Below are positions 24,530 through 37,700 of a DNA stretch of 64,000 nucleotides, piece after piece. This DNA comes from Takakia lepidozioides. Taxonomy: Eukaryota > Plantae > Bryophyta. Both the position numbers and the translations under genes were made by a program. The stretch is from contig CM060731.1 in the NCBI GenBank assembly GCA_030704615.1, positions 11,904,001 through 11,968,000 of the forward strand. The letters are read 5' to 3'. Position 1 is the stretch's first letter, and every line of letters begins with the position of its first letter. Below the pieces are notes generated by a model. The model was not told where the DNA came from, did not search any database, and worked only from the letters and a program-made list of their open reading frames with translations.

Positions 24530-25585
24530 AGGTCATTCCACACAAAGCTTCGCAGCTGGAGATTGGAAACAGCTAACGCAACGAACGGCAACGACGGGCA
24601 CTATGCGGTGACGCCGGTGTTGTCCAACTACGTGTGCATTCCCCATTGAATCTGTTAGATCGTCATTTGGTGAGCTGATTCTTGGGCTTGATCGCCTCTT
24701 TTTTCTGCTTTCCTCGGTTGCCTGCAACAAGAAACAAAAAGTCACGTTCCTTGTTTCTTCACGGTGTTCTACTTAGAGAGATCACTTGAGATGCAAATGA
24801 AAGATTGAAGCTGCAGGACTTACACGAGTGTTTTGATTGGGGGTAACACGATGGCATCTTGCAGCCTTCCGCGCAGAAATTGGGAGCTGGAGGAATCAGG
24901 CATCTTATATGAAAAGGTCAACACTGCTTTTTCTGGAAAAATTAGACTGCCGTGATGGAGCTTAGTAATCTAGTAGGAGACCGGGTCCACCCAAAAAATA
25001 CTTTACCTGTACCTGATGAGTACTTGGTCATTGAGCCTGCAAACTAAGAGGTAGAGTTCACACATTCAAGTGAACTCAGGGATTCTAGGGGTCAACTTTT
25101 TCATGCATTATCTACACCACAATTTGTATGAGCAAATGTGATGCTACCATAGAGATCTAGCAAAATTTGCTACAATCAAACCCAGTTCTCCACCCTAGTA
25201 TAAATGCTCTTGGAATGGCTTGCAGGGGTGCACTATATGGTTCTATTAGTCCCAAACTTTTCTGCACTGCTCAGGCACAACCTAAGATGGCACACTTTAA
25301 GGGTTACAAAGGCCTGCAATGCCTATATTAAAACTGAACATACATCGGAATTCCTGTACTCATGGATAGAAGCAAAACTTGAAACTCGAGTGCACAAGGG
25401 TGCATGCTCATACAAAATCCCTGATTTCATTGTGTGTCTCTCTCCCCTGCTGCTGGCAATGTGTTTCTCTCAGCTCAATAATCTATGCTAAGATAACCTC
25501 TGAAAGAATCCTGGTCATCCTCATCTTCTGCAAGACTGAATTCTCACAGAAAAGCGCGCTCTCTCTCTCTCTCTCCCCGTCATTC

Positions 25586-25650
25586 CGCTCAAACTGGGCG
25601 CGGGGTCAATGGCCACAAGGCTACGGCAAACGACGTCTTATGAGTACATT
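25586..25650 (+). mobile_element. About 65-nt 3' end of LINE family A just downstream of the TOC34 stop codon
   Basis: CGCTCAAACTGGGCGCGGGGTCAATGGCCACAAGGCTACGGCAAACGACGTCTTATGAGTACATT flanked by duplicated TCTCTCTCCCCGTCATTC. Confidence 0.9.
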
Positions 25651-25823
25651 CTCTCTCTCCCCCGTCATTCTGTACTGGTGGGTAGAAACCCCACAGCTTT
25701 GAGAGGTGGACATCCCCTCAGAGGTACGAGATGGATAAAGTTTCAATGTGGACATCTGCTCCATGGTTGCCATGTGTGTGCTCAAACAATACTCTACCCT
25801 GTGGACATTACAAGAGCGCCCAA

Positions 25824-28800
25824 CTACTCAACATAGTCATCATCATCATCATCATAATCGTTCAGCTGATCGATACGAAGGCGGTCCTGTTGGAGAGCTT
25901 CACTGATGGCCTGCTCATCAGCACGCTCATCCTCAAGTACGACTGGACTGTGGCGAAAGTCTTCAGCTCGCAGCTCCCACTGGGGACGCTGTTGCTTTTC
26001 CTCCTCTAAGTCCCTGTTGATGGCCTTGAAAATAGGCCTTGCAATTAAAAAGAACTGCAACACACGTCATCAGTACCACCAGTGATTAAAACCTGAAGTT
26101 CAAAAAGCTCCAATGCTTAACTAGGTAGGAAGGAGTGATCCAGCAACCTATTTCTGCGTCTGATACTTTCACCACCTATGAAGCTAGGTTTGAAGAACGC
26201 ATCCGAAAAATATATGAAGCGAGATGATTGTTTGTTTGTTTGTTTGTTTTATTTGTTTGTTTTGTCACGTTGAGATGTCCCAAACCGCGAGGCCCCAGCC
26301 CTGGTGCTTGGTACCATTGGAAAGCCCTCGGTGAGGAGGGGTGCACGGGCTTGGTCTCATGATTTTTGGACCTGCAGAGTGGGAGATGTGGAATTTCAAG
26401 TACTTTGGGTCGCTGGAAATTCCCGAAAAATAGCAAAGTGGGAATTCCTGGGACAATGGTTGGAGCCTCAACAGGAGAGATATCAAGGGAAAGGTCTCCG
26501 GTTCAAATCTGGTCGTAGGCTCTGTGGAAAAAAAAATGATTAGATATGGCTTGCTTCATATATTGCTGCACTTGGACTTAGATGACATTGGACTCTTGGG
26601 CCAATGGCACAGGCTACCCTAGTACCACTTAATAATAAAGCCTAAAAACTCTGGCCCAGAGGTCAGGCCCAAAGCCACCTTGTGGTGGTTGTGCGAAATC
26701 GACAGGGATCTGTTGGGTGTCCCCAATTATAGCCAACCAGCTATAAAAGATGCCACTGGGTAACCTAGCGATGTGGGTACCTGGGGAGTTTCAGGTCCCT
26801 AAGGCAAGGATTAAGCAGCCATGTGCCCAGTTACTGCTGGGGTGCACCTCCCAAGAGGGAGGCAATAATCCTACAAAATCCAGACACACCATAAATTAGC
26901 TTACTTCTGCAAGCTTCCTCCTTCATTTCTTGTTCAAAACCATAAATGGAGGTGTTTGGGTGAGAAATGAACCTACTTGAGCCAATATTACAAGAGGGAT
27001 CCAGATCTTGCCCCTTTGATTAGCGTTAGGGCCATCTATGAGCTTCTTGTCAATCAATATTGATGGGCTATCACCAGTAACCACCTCCACAATCCGCTCC
27101 ACTAGAGTAGGGAGCCAGACTTTGCCGTCTGGAAGGATCTGCATGTTCAACCACATCAGCATCAGATCCCACTTACAAATCATACTACAGGTAGCAAACA
27201 TTACCTACTGAAACAGGAGGAAGTTTCTGTCAGCACTCATGAATTAGATAACGGCGGGCAGTATAAACCTGTGTGAAAGAAAATGGTGGTAAAATTGGAT
27301 GGTGAATACGGTTACTTGTGCCGACTCATCAAATACTGCACTTGGGAACCTGAAGCAAACTCTGACCAGCGTAGCTGCTGCACTGATGCATAGATTTTAA
27401 TTATGAAGTGGAGTTAAGATACATTAATATGGTTGGGCCAACAAATCTTGCATTTGTTGCTCCTTCCAGCTTGATTTCTGGTCACATAGGTAGAACTCTG
27501 CTCTATTCCTCCCTCCTCTTAATCAAAAGTGAGTTTTGTGGGCCCACCTTTTCACCACCGGGATTTGTGTGGCAACGACCACTGTTCTCAACCAGTACTA
27601 CTGGCACCTATAGAGACCACCAACAAATCCATTAGTTGTGTACATGGAAATGTAAGGGATGACTCTTCGGTTCTAAAATGCTTGATTCTGGACTTCCTGC
27701 CAAATAGACTTCGTCATAGGAGGACTCGGTCATGTAAGAACTACTGCTGAACCGACTTCAGGAAATTTGTGTAACATCTCTACTGACTAATACTCCCATC
27801 CTGCAAGAATAATGTACTCACTGGCCATCAAGGTTCATTAGGCTCCAAAAACACTCCTAAGGCCACTTGAGACCTGCACGTGGCATCAACTTACCAGCCA
27901 GTCTCTACTTCGAAAACTGTAGGACATTAAATATTGCAGCCGACAATTTCTCATCAGAAGCCTGAGTCACGCAAAGAGGAAGCTACCATAACTCCACGAA
28001 AGTAGTCTGGTACATAGACTGGGGAGTTTCTGAACTGAAAATGTAAATATTAGCTCAACAGAGAAGAAAAGGAAGACTGACGAGTTGTAAGCCTTTCAGG
28101 AATCCTTTAATAGTTGCTTGACCCTGACTTCATCTCTGAGCAGATAGTTCTCACGGGATGGCGTATGACCAGACCCCAGATGTGGTCAGATCATTGGCTA
28201 AAGGTCTCTGCATCCACGAAAAAACAATTTACTCACTTCATTCTCGTTCTTTTTGAATCCTCCCTCGTATCGTATGGCTCCCTGTAAAGCTGCTGATCTT
28301 TTTGACACGAACTCAGCATAGTCCAGTCCATCAGGGGGAGAGAGCTGAGCATGTGTCAGCACGATAACTCCAATGCGCCAAATCTGCGGCCCAAAGCTCC
28401 GTGCAATGGCCCTAATGACCTGCTTGTCCAGGTTGTCCACACGGTACCCATCTAGCCGGTCAACATATAGCATGACATCAATGGTCTTGTTCAGAAGGAA
28501 CCTGCAAGCACAGTCACACAACACGCCAAAACACTCATTACTACATGAGTATTCACCCAAATGATCTTACTGAGAGGCTGACTAAACCAAGTTAACAAGA
28601 CTATGATACAGACAATAAGGATGGACACACTATTTACAGGCAGTTCCTGCTTCCAGCTTTCCCCTCATTGACCTGGTTCAGAAAGTTGGCAACCTGACAC
28701 TTAGTTACTTTGCTTCTTCCAGTTACAGATAACTTTCAATTCACCTAGGATATGAAAACATCAGCTCAAAGGACTTGAGGCAATAGAAAGAACTGCTGAA

Positions 28801-30698
28801 CACCTTGTACCTTCGGATAATTTCCAATGCTTGCTGATTCACACATCCTCCTTCCACTAAGCCTGGGGTGTCAATAATGTTTAGTGTGAACCCCGCCCTT
28901 GAACGTGCACACTGAATAGGCCTCATGGTCTCCGTCTGTCGACAAGCATTTATGCAACATACTTGGACAGACTTAACAAACGCAATATTATTAAACATGG
29001 AAAATGACAAGTATCCTTGATATTTCAAGAACATTAGGCATGGAAATGTAAATGCCTTTAGATATAGAGACCTTAGGAAAGCTAAAAGACGACGAACAAA
29101 GGGGTCACCAGAGGGACAAGTCCTTGACCTGCCATCATAGTTGTGAATACCTCTGCAAAGGCTCTTTAATCTGGGATAAGATATGACTGCCACTGCAGGT
29201 GTGTTGCTGCCCCCAAAAAGTCAAACCTCTACTGCTCGCAGCCATCTGCTACTGGAACAGTGCCTGGCTTTATGAGAAGCACTTCTGAGATATTTCTACC
29301 GGACTAGTGAGAGAGACATGCTTGTGGATGCCACACTTGAGTGGGGACTCCAATGAATCGTGGCCTTTAGCAGCAAGTCTGATAAATGCTTATCATTTCT
29401 TCACCTTGAAGGTTATCTCCAGGTCTGATGTAGTCAGAGAGGAAGAAAGTGGACTCCGAATAATTTTTTGGAGATGCCTCATCCTTTCAGTACTCGGTGC
29501 CCAGCTTTATGCCAGGAATAACCAACAGCACAGTTATGAGACTCATCCATGACAACTAGAGTTAAAAAATGGTGGGCCACCTTCTATGATCCATTTCAGC
29601 CGACTCTACCCACATAACTGGTATTTGTCTCTTTATATGGAAAGAGGATACATGACATTTCTTTATGGCCTTTTGTCCTGGGGCGCAGGGGTTTACATCA
29701 GCTGTTAAAAAACTACGTTGGTTTGTGCCAGTGGTGTATGATATGACATTACGTTGTCTCCACGGATGCACCTGATCCCACCATGCTATGGATTCTCAAG
29801 GGACACCGTTCTGTAGTAGTCTGTCAGCAGAGTTGCTTTACTTTCCATTTCCTGTTTAACTTCTTCCAGTGCTTGATCATACAGTACACTACGTAAAATC
29901 TCCTTTGAGGAGTTATGACATAATTGTGATGATAACATGACATATATGAAGGACAAGGTTTTAAAACAAAGAAGTAAGGTGGAGTCTAACAACCGTTTCT
30001 AGATTGCTGGGGCCAAAGATTCTCTAAATGTCATCCTCCAAGTCAAAAAGGTTCTGATGCGCCAAGAATTAATCAAACGCGGACTCGATTGCAATGCATA
30101 ATTGCAAAAGGGTACCTGGGAGGTAGTAAGATGTACCTGAAAGGCAGTAGGATATACCTGGAAGGCACTAACAACAGTCACCCTTTCACCAACCAAAGAG
30201 TTCACAGTCGAACTCTTGCCTACTCCCCCTTTTCCAACCACTAATGCGGTCAGTGTAGTCACATTCTGCAAACGCCACCCCCATCCACCACCATTGTCAT
30301 GCTGTTGCCAGTCTTATGGTATTTGTAGTCCCTGCAAATCCTTAAGGATTTCGTGAAGAGTACAGATGGTCATGTGCTCAGTACTCTGGCATGCTATGAC
30401 CTGAACAACATTCTAGAGCTCTGGCTGCCAGTTTCAGGCACCTGGGCGCCCTGGTACAAACTGATAAGACTTTTTACCCCAAAAGCATCATGTGAAACTC
30501 AAAAAGCAGTATAGTCATCATTTTATGGTCATTTGTAACTACACTAAGTGCACATGACACGAACATACTTGATCTCAGCTGTGAAATATGGGAATCAACC
30601 TCTTGGCGCAGCTTGCCGAGAAGACCATGAAGGACTGATTGTGTCGCAGCAGGGAACTGTTGCAAGCCCGTCCATTCACGCGCTTGAGTGGCCGTCAT
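25824..30698 (-). CDS. TOC34: Translocase of chloroplast 34 (TOC33/34 GTPase), 7 coding exons (30698-30600, 30265-30158, 28935-28811, 28501-28237, 27607-27548, 27138-26977, 26054-25824) plus a probable 5'UTR intron
   Basis: REWTGLQQFP, GKGGVGKSSTVNS, DTPGL, LYVDRLD, VLTHAQ and VENSGRC motifs, and a C-terminal TM segment. All GT-AG and in frame. Confidence 0.95.
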
Positions 30699-31269
30699 AA
30701 CTCTGTGTCCACCTTCAACACGTCAGATTTACAAGCCCAACAATTTATTCACACAGAGAAAACAACGCCTCGGGTCTGGCTTCCAATTAAGTGCTTAGCA
30801 AGACCAGAAAAAGCAATCTCTTTTCTGCTATTTGAAGTTCTGACACTCAAGCCAAACCACAAGATGGGCATGTGGCATATGCATATATATTCATATAGCT
30901 GCTTTCCTGAACCTGACAAGTCTGACTTCCAACCTGCAGAAAACGAAAAAACAGATTCCACACAGACACCCACAAGCCACAAGGCGAACAATGTTTGCGC
31001 ACTGTTGCTACATGCAAAGCCTACAACCTACACTTGATTCGGTACTACTCATCTCAAATGATTGAAAGAAATTTGTCACCTCACAGAATCTAACGATGGT
31101 CATTTCAAGCTTACCTGACGGTGAGGTTGCTTCAAACAAAGGCCCGCTGCGAATACCACGAGTTAATAAATATCAGAATCAGTGACTCCTCTCCTGCCTT
31201 CTCATCATCCTGATATCTTGCAGCCTTGTTCTCGCCCCTACTCACAAGACAGATGAAGAGAGAATAATA

Positions 31270-31350
31270 GATTCGTGGGCTTGGATATGGCCGCCGTAGC
31301 CCGATATCGAGACCTGAGGTCTTAAGATTTGGGCCTTGGGTTGGGCCCTG
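31270..31350. promoter_or_regulatory. Cluster of site II (TGGGCY) elements in the divergent TOC34/FAN1 promoter
   Basis: TGGGCT at about 31276, TGGGCC at 31330 and 31342, between head-to-head genes. Confidence 0.4.
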
Positions 31351-31773
31351 GTCCGGTCCTAGGGATCTGCACCACAAGGATGGATGATGCTACTGGACAG
31401 TGTCGGTGGATCACTGTTTCGGCCGGCTTGTTGGTCAAGGCGGGAAGATCATATTCTGCATGAAGAGAGAGGATGTAGAGTGGTGTAGACTGTAAAGGGA
31501 GTGTGATTTTTCTTGTGGGTTGTAAAGGGGGAGGAGACGGATCGTGTTGGGTACATAGGGGAGTTTGAGAAGGAGACAGGGAATTGAGTAGAGATCCAGT
31601 GGGGAGTGGAGAGGTTGTTTGATTGAGGTGTTTATATGGGCAGAAGGTTTTTTACTTTTAAGTGGATCTGTACAGGTGTATGAAACTAGAGGACGAAAGA
31701 GGGAGGGGGGAAGCTATGCAGCTGGACGGAAGTAATTGGTAAGTGGAGGATGTGGTGAACATGCCGACCAAAA

Positions 31774-34700
31774 ATGTTGAGGGGGCACGAGAGTTTACTG
31801 CGGTTGGTGGGCAAGCGTCGCAAGCTTCACCCCTCTGTTTTCACCTGGCCTTCTATGAATGAAGACCCAGGGGTAGTGTTTCTCTCTCTTCATCACTCTC
31901 TCTCCTTCTTTATGCTATTCCATCTTATGTTTTTATTTTGGGTACCCCTCAAATGTGAGTTCAGTGTTTACTAGGCTCTCGCATTGATGTTTGTGTATGA
32001 GATGTAGTATGAGTAGGCTCTGTAAATCGGCTGGACGTAGAACTAATTCTAATTTTATGAGATGCAAATGCACAGGCGGACTAACGGGATAGATCATGAA
32101 TATTACAGAAGGTACTGGATATTCTTTACTAAAGCTATGCAAATTGAAATTACAAGCAACGGTGTTCGAGGAGCTAACCAGTCAGAGAAATTTGAATTCC
32201 CAAAGCACAATTCTTGTGCTTTTGAAAGATTTTAAGAAGGGTGCTGCAGGGCATTATTCTGAACTGAAAACAAAATTTGCACGCACATTGCATATGCTAT
32301 CATTAAGCATATGGCTTGAAAGTGAAATAAATAAAAAATCATCTGCAGCCCGTACAACTGCAAATAGAGTGTCTAATACTGGCCATTAAGGAAGTGTTAA
32401 GGTACACTCCCCTCCAGGTACTAGGCCTCCCAGAGCCGATGTTGGCGTTCCAGACCATCACACAGAGGTAATGTACTCATAAGACATTGTTTGCCTTCGC
32501 CTTGTCAAAGAAGCTAGAGAGTTGGAGAGAGGGAGAGAGAGAGAGAGAGTGGCTGGCTGCACTCTATCTGGAAGTTTATTTACAAATTCGGCAGTGGTGT
32601 TTGCAGGGGGTAGCAGTTTCCCTCCATTTGTTCTCACAGCCTGTCGGCAATGGGGAAGAAGAGGCTGATCAGCTGGTGGATGTAGAAGAGGGGAATGAGG
32701 GTGATCTGAAGAAAGACTCTGTTGTTGGACACAAGGTTACTCTAAATCAAACCTCTAGGGAAAATGAGCCGGCAGCTGGCAAAGAGAATTGTTGTGTCGA
32801 TTGGGTACCGTGCCCAGTATGCGGGAAGAGCATTCAAGGCACAGATTTGGTGATTAACAAGCATTTAGGTTCCGTGACTTGCACTCAACCATTTAAAGTT
32901 TCAGTTTACTTCAGTGGTTCTATGCATTCGTTTGAATTCTGTCCAGGCCCCTTTCTCTCTTTCACTTCTCTCTCTTTACTACGGCCAATGTCAGTAAGGC
33001 AATCAAGAAGCTGCAAAATGGCAGAGCAGTAGACATTTCAGGACTTCAGAGTGAATTCATCAAGCATGCTGCACCTACTTTAACCCCTTTTATAGCTAAC
33101 CTCTTCAATGAGGTGGTGCAACGGGGCTTTCCCACAGAGTGGACAAAGAGCATCATCCACCCACTCTTCAAGAGCGGTGACAGGCTCGCACCGACCAACT
33201 ATCGTACTATCATGGTGTCCTCGGTACTTGCTAAACTGTTTGGGGCAGTAGTGGCCATGGAACTGGATGATTGGGCTGAGTCCTCTCGCATTCGTGCTGA
33301 GGGACAGGCTGGTTTCCGTCGCAACAGATCCACTATTGACCACATCTTCACTCTTCAGGTTATGGTGGAAAGTGCACGCTATGACAAAAGAATGGTCTAT
33401 GTTTGCTTCGTGGACTTTCACAAAGCCTTTGATTCAGTTCCTCGGGACCTTCTCTTCCAACGGCTCCATAGAGTGGAAGTCCCTCCAGACATCCTTTGTG
33501 CCATCTCTTCTATGTATGAGATTGTCACTGGCATGGTCCACGTCGATGGTGAATTCTCAGCCGAGGTCCACAGCAACATTGGAGTCAAACAGGGCTGCCC
33601 CCTTTCACCTACCCTGTTCGGGATCTACATTGACGCTTTGGAGAATTACATATCAAAAAACCATGGGGTTGGGGTACCATTGGATGGGGGACCAACGCAA
33701 TCAGATCTCCTCTACGCTGATGATGTTGCCCTTTTGGCACTATCCCCCCGGTCTTCCTGCAACGCCATCTCAAAATTTTGGAACAGTTCTGCAAAGACTA
33801 TGGGATGCAAGTCAATCTTAGCAAGACCAAGATCATGGTCTTCAATGGCCAGGCTGATCGTAGATTCATCTTCAACCAGCAAGAAATTGAGATTGTGAAA
33901 TCATACCGATACTTGGGTCTGGTTATCCACTCCCCCAAGTTTCACTTTGCAGCCACTGCATTGGACAGATTGACTAAAGGTTGGCGGCCTCCGTCCGCCT
34001 TCAGGCCAAATGCAAGCAAATACATCTGCGTCATCCCCCAACCAAAAAGTGGCTGTTTGACACTGTAGTCAGCCCTGCTACCATCTATGGTTGTGAGTTC
34101 TGGGCACCTGGTGTCCCTGTCTCCTGGTGGGAAAAGAATTTGGAGCCATTACAGTCATCTTTTCTCCAAGCAATGCTTGGCGCCAGGAGCACAACTCCAT
34201 CTCAGATCCTAGGGGCAGAGTTCGCATGTGTACCATTGCAATCCGAGGCCCTCTTCCGGCTTACAATCTTTCTCCATAGATTACAGGCCCTTCCAACCAA
34301 GGGGCTCATGGCAAGGGCCCTCACAACATCTGTGAGGCTCAAAGCTGCAGGTTTCAGGAACTCCTGGTATGCTCGAGTGGACAGTTTATTTCAACGTAAC
34401 GGACTTTCTACTGCTGTCCTATTACCAATAAATCCAGATGAGGTGGACATCACGTCCAGACATGACCGCAACAGACTCATTAGGAGAGAGCTTATGGAAT
34501 TACATGTCCAGAGAACTTGGAAGCTACCCAATCTCACAACAAAGCTCCACTTCTATCGAGAGACATTCTTGGTGCTCCGTGACAATAGAATCTTGAGACC
34601 AAATTACCTTTCAGCATCCTTATCTCCTTCCCTCCTGAGGGCACTGGGACGGTTCAGGGTGGGTTCCCACAACCTACGGATAGAGACTGGCAGATGGGAA

Positions 34701-37700
34701 AACCTGCAACGGGAGGACCACCTATGTCCAGCTTGCATAGGGCACAGCCAGGAAATCGAAACTGAAGAACACTTCTTCTTCTACTGCCCTCTATACTACG
34801 AGATCCGTGGGAGATTCCACTGTTTATTCAGTGGAACCCAAACTCTCACTGATGTCTTCCACTATGAGGATAAAAAATGCTTGGCAGCCTACCTGCACGA
34901 GGCCTTCACCCTTCGACATTCGCTAGAACATTAATTGTGGTTTCTGGACTTGTTCCTCTCTCATGTTTCCATTTTGTCCCATAAGCTCTATGAGCTTTCC
35001 GCGGACGTTATAAAGTACCATTTCATTTCATTTCATTTCTCTTTGTGGCTTACATTAATTGTGGCTTCTGGATTTGTTCCTCTTTCATGTTTTCTTCCAT
35101 TTTGTCCCATAAGCTCTATGAGCTTTCCGCGGACGTTATAAAGCACCATTTCATTTCATTTCTCTTTCTCTTCAGTAGCCCATGTTTTCCCTAGGGTCTG
35201 CAAGGATGTCAAGCTCAAGAATGCCACTGAGTTCCAGTTGATACTAAAATTTTGACCACTTCTGTGTATGGGTCATGTACAGACATGTGTCTTTCAACAG
35301 GAACAAAACGCAAAAGCACACAGCTCACTTTGTTTGGTTCCCTTCACCGAAACAAGGAGAAGAGACAGACAAGCACAAAGACCTCAATCCACAGTAGTAG
35401 AACCGCTGCTTCACCATCCACCCCTGTACCTCTAGAAGTCAGTGGCTGCTATCTGAAACAAGAGGAAGTTGAAAAGTGCCGAGTCTGGCCTGCAGGACAA
35501 GACCAGTGTAAAGACAGTGACTCAGAAAGAGGGAATGGTTACAGAGTGGAAGGAGAGAGTGTGGGTGCCTACAAGGACTGTCAGACAGTCAATGGTGCTG
35601 GTTCCTATTGTGACATGTATCCTCGACAAAAATGCACGAGCCAGCCAAAGGGCACATGTGAGAACAGCTGCATGGACAGTTCATTGCAAGGATCCAGTAG
35701 ACTTGTTCGAGAGGAAACAGATGAGGCAGAGATTGTGGACATTTTGGAAGATACACACTGTCAAAGGTTATTGGCGCCAGTGACATCTCAGATGGCTTGT
35801 GTATGTATTTGTCATTTCACCACAGTCAGCCCCAGACACGTGAACGCAGCAGGCAAAGGACAGGAAGCTGCTGTCACAGAGGCCAGAGAGGAGAAGGTTG
35901 TTGTGCATGCATCCAAGTGTAAGGTAGAGGTTGCCATGGATGGAAGAGAAGTGCAGGCAAGCAATCAACTGCTTGATGGAAGTGTTGAAGAACGAAAAGG
36001 TGCTATCATTGGTGTGATAGAGACGTGTATTGTAGGGCGGAAGTTCAACCAAGAAGCTGTATGTGAGGAGGGCATGCATGTTGCATTTTTGCGGGAACGA
36101 GAAAATCCTAAAGATGTGAATGCAATCAAGGTTTGTCTATGGCTCTGGTTATATACTGTGTACCCAAGCTGGTGTGAGAAGGTGGTAGGCTATGCACCAC
36201 CCACTAACTAGGAACTAACATGCAAATTTATATGTTTGGTTATTTGATTCTTGTGTCCTATGACAGCTTAGAGCAAAAGCTGCAGGAATTAGCATTCACT
36301 GAACTGTACAGATGTGCACTTTTCAGAATCTACAAAGTAAATTTTCTGCTTGGCAGTAGTGTAGGGATGTTCAAGGAGGCCAGATGGAATTCATTCTTCT
36401 ATTCTGAGTGGTGTCTCCTACAGTTTGTGACAGGTGGTCTGGTGAGAAAAGCAAAGAGACCTCTATGGCCCACAGTCAGGTACCAGGGAGAGACTCATGA
36501 GCACATTTGTGTGGTGTGGCAGGTTGTTTCTCTTGGCAATCAGTCATCATTGGGTCATCTGCCAAGGCAGATAGCACTTCATCTCTCTACCCTTCTTGAC
36601 AAGAGCTTGGTTCAAATCAAGGTGAGGGGTCAGGATTGCATGTTGGATCCTCCCTATACGCTAATGTGAAGGAAGTTGGAGACCTGTAATTAGTCTGAGA
36701 AATCAAGTTTACAGAAATGTGTGGATTAGGTGAACTTTGGAGTAGAGTCACAGTAACTTGGGTTCTGCCTGTTTTGATTCTCCAGCTGATTAATTAGATC
36801 AGATTCTGTCCAGGGCTTTGTGACAGCTGTTCCGGAGCATACTTTTGAAGCTGTGCCTGTGAAGCTTGTCTGTGAGAGGGAGTCTCTTGCCCTGGAGAGC
36901 TTTGATGAAGAGGCCCTTGCAAAGGGCTGGCAAAATGTGATGGAGGCCAGTCAGAAGTCCACCATGGATCAATCAAGAACATCGAAATATCAGACAAACT
37001 TTTCCTATTTGCTAAAATCTGTACTGGAATGTGACCATCACCTGTTCAGTGAAGTTGAACAGACTTTCTTGAGTGCGTAACCTTACCCTTCTGGTTGAGT
37101 AAGTTACGGGACAGCTTTCTGTCGCTCTATCCGCTGTGCCTTGTAGCCTCCGCTGTTGTGCATGACAATTATGTGCTCAATTGTGCTAGAAAACTACGCC
37201 TGTCGTCACAGTGATAGCAACCTCTGATCTGGACTACCAGTAGGTTCACTCAAAGATATTGATAGAGAGCTCTTCACAGGCAGCAGTACAAAGACTTGAT
37301 TGTTGAATATACTGGAGAACTAACCAATACTTACAAGGTGAGGAAACTTCTGGACCTCCCTTGCTCCCTACTAAAAAATGAAAGCTAATAGAGCGTACTG
37401 ACTATAGTTGCCGGACTTCTCCTCTTCTCAGAAATCTACCAGGCTAGCACAGCAGCCTGTGTGCTAGAAGAAGTGCTGGGCTCACCTCAGCCTCTCCCTG
37501 AAATCCTCAAGGGTGAGGCACCACCCCTTTGGTGGCTCTGGAAAGGAGCTATCCCTAGCCTTCATAAACTCTATCAGAACCCTAACTAACTGTTGTAATG
37601 GTTTACTCAAAAAGATTGGGTTTAACTGGTTTCCGGGTTTGCTTTATATTTTCAATGCAGAATGATATCGCAGCCATTTAAGAGTGGAAGTTTTCTTGAC

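Noticed and set aside
25600-25650. Hammerhead ribozyme in the family A 3' end (GGCC-ACAA-GGCT...CAAAC-AAC-GTC)
   Set aside because: The required CUGANGA and GAAA core boxes are not present in the right positions.
25609-25660. Recurrent ORF start MATRLRQTTSYEYIL as a small-peptide gene family, or the repeat as a CRISPR-like array
   Set aside because: It is an alternative frame of the LINE family A 3' end. Copies have ragged 5' ends and TSDs, with no fixed-length spacers.
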